64,000 nucleotides of DNA from Phallusia mammillata. Taxonomy: Eukaryota. The stretch spans positions 24,056,001 through 24,120,000 of the forward strand of contig OZ281497.1 of the NCBI GenBank assembly GCA_965637545.1. The letters run 5' to 3'. The position numbers were made by a program, and so were the translations under genes. The notes below the pieces were generated by a model. The model made no database searches. It saw nothing but the letters and a program-made list of their open reading frames with translations, and was not told the origin of the DNA. This document shows, piece by piece, positions 61,869 through 64,000 of the stretch. How positions within the stretch are numbered: position 1 is the first letter of the stretch; the number at the start of each line of letters is the position of its first letter.

Positions 61869-64000
61869 TTAACATGCTCCGCCGACGCTGGACAGAACTG
61901 TTGGAAGGGGAAAAGCAGGTCGGTCAGATGGACAAGTTTGTTCAGTATCAGGTCCATTGTGGTAGCGTTTTTTCTCAAACACCGGAACTTCGTAAATTGG
62001 TTCTCCAGTTTCGGATGGAACTTCAGCTCTTGCGTTGTTTACTGGCCATGGGTTTCTCCTGTAACGTTCCCTGTTGGCACTGCAAAGTAAAAAAATAACT
62101 GTAACCTTGAATGAACCCTAAACTTAAAAGTGCATGAACTACATTTGTTTGCATTACACAGGCAGGAGCTTGGCCGAACGGTCTGGCGCGCCTGACCCAT
62201 ACACAGACATAAACAACCCTGATCGGGATTCGTCCCCGGGAGAGTCCTGGGTTCGAACCCCGTAAAAAAATGAAAAAAGGTGGTTAAACGTAATATCGGA
62301 TTTGGTTATTCAATATATTCTACAAATCATTGTTTTTGACCCTTTGGCAACCTTTTTAAATAAGTCACTGGTTCTCATATCCTGGTTTTTAGCATATTTA
62401 ATTATGCTAACGCTAATCATTTTAGCATCCCAGCACCCCTTACATTGGTTCCTCGGCAAATTGTGGGATGGAGTGAACTTGAGGTGTTAAGTTGAAGACT
62501 GGTACCGGGTCTGTGCTATTGGGTGCTCTATTCGCCCTGCAAATACAAAACATGTGTGAAATAGAAATTTGTAAAGCCATACATCTCACCCAAATTGTTT
62601 GTACAAGTTGTATTAAAAATTGTGTTGGTTGCAATGCAATTTCACAAATCCTAAATGAGAGTTTCTAACTTTTGTCTTTACGCTCTTAAGCCAACGATGA
62701 CAATGTCGACTGCAAAGGCGCGCAAAATTTCCATCATTGGTTACTGAGTTAGGGACATGAAAAGTTACAAAATGTGACAAAAAACTCCCTTTCGGCCGAA
62801 AATCACGTTTTGTAGCGGGCTATAGAGAAGTCCAATTGGCCTCTAAATGTGCACATGCGTTAAAGTTGATTATATCAGTTATCCTAATCTTGCTGTGCGT
62901 ACGGTCAGCAGTTCTTATTCCTTAAACGTGCAAATTTTTGGAGCACCAGATAGCAGCAGGTGCATTTCTGGTTTAAGCAAAGTTCTTCAGAACATCTGGC
63001 CTAGTTTAACTACAACGTAATCACCCAACTGTTTTCGTTGTTGGTTACCATTCCTTTTAGCAAAGTTTGCTTTTTTACTTTCTTCTCTTCCGGCAAAGCA
63101 CAACGATTACGATCACAAGAACAATGAGAAGGATTTCTCCCACGGAACATGAGATTGCAATTATCAACGTCTGGTCATCTATTAAAGTTGAAACGTTCGT
63201 TAGTGATTACAATTGATAAATTTAAGGAAAAAGGCACAATCTGAATAGAACAGGGCAATGTCATTTCAATACCAAGGACAAGTCGCAGACACATGACACG
63301 TAAATTTGAAAAAGTTTTGTATTATTAGTATTTTTTACTGCTTACTAGTTTGAGGAGCCTTTACAGTGGTCTCTGGAACATAAGAAAATAAATGTTATTT
63401 TAGAGCAGGCAACCGCAGTCGGCAACCGCAGATCCGCGGCCCACTGCGACGAGTTCGTTACCATGCTGTATAATTTTTCGGGTTAAATGCTTTAAAACAT
63501 TTTGCCCATATATCACAGGATAATAAACTAATAAAATTTCACTTTCAAAAGCGGTCCGCAGAGCAAAAAAGGTTGCCACACCTTGTTTTAGAAAAACCGC
63601 GTTTATTGATGATTTTTCTGTTTTTCCATTTTTTTGCTAAGTTTGTCTCAAAAACGATTTTGCTACGTTTCATTGGATAGACGTTGATGTTGAAAGTGTT
63701 TTTTGACAACTGCTTTCAAAAAATTTCAGTTTACCACGTTTTTAAAATACAAACCAAATATAATATTGCTCGTTTCATTGGACTGCGTCTAATCCAGTGG
63801 TTCTTAACCGGTGGGAAATTTAATGTTTTCAGAGGGAAATTATGTAAGTCAGGTAACCAAACTTTTGGCCCAAGGGTCGAACCCGGCTTTGAATTAGTCG
63901 TTGAAAGTTACTTTCCTAAAATTTTTCCGCAACAACATGTTAGATTAATTTTTAACCTAGTTTTACAAGACGCCTAAAAATACAAGGCCGTTTGTTACAT
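61869..64000 (-). CDS. L6: partial C-type lectin-like receptor (exons 3-6; exons 1-2 beyond right edge)
   Basis: Exons 63346-63372, 63079-63178 (TM ..SVGEILLIVLVIV..), 62444-62536, 61869-62079 (GEPIYEVP..GGAC*); open. Confidence 0.8.
62161..62270 (+). mobile_element. Short tRNA-derived retroposon in L6 intron 5
   Basis: Near-identical to 50650-50763; replaces ~8 bp (tatgtcat) present at this site in L2-L4; no TSD. Confidence 0.85.

Noticed and set aside
1-64000. CRISPR arrays, rRNA or prokaryotic operon structure; ITIM/ITAM assignments for the tails
   Set aside because: The window is intron-containing animal DNA with no repeat-spacer arrays or rRNA-like sequence. The Tyr motifs have Pro at +3 and lack YxxL/I pairs, so they fit neither ITIM nor ITAM.

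Overview
AT-rich animal genomic DNA with spliceosomal GT-AG introns; the species cannot be determined from the sequence. The window is a head-to-tail tandem array, all on the minus strand, of two alternating multi-exon type-I membrane protein genes that the ORF track shows only as fragments. 'L' genes (L1-L6) encode signal peptide + one compact C-type lectin-like domain + short stalk + TM + tail with an EEPIYEVP motif. 'S' genes (S1-S5) encode signal peptide + short acidic Tyr-rich ectodomain + Thr/Ser-rich stalk + TM + a homologous tail with an ESVYEIP motif. A chimeric S/L gene (S0) runs off the left edge. The central ~11.8-11.9 kb unit is repeated three times almost identically, while flanking copies are more diverged. 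Individual copies carry distinct lesions: TM deletion in L3, exon-5 loss in L4 and L5, a nonsense codon and a motif duplication in S1, and one S gene replaced by a Gypsy fragment. Non-coding DNA holds several hAT-type MITEs, tRNA-derived SINEs, degenerate hammerhead ribozymes and one intact palindromic hammerhead insertion. Exon boundaries were reconstructed by hand from splice signals and frame continuity; no expression data or database searches were available.
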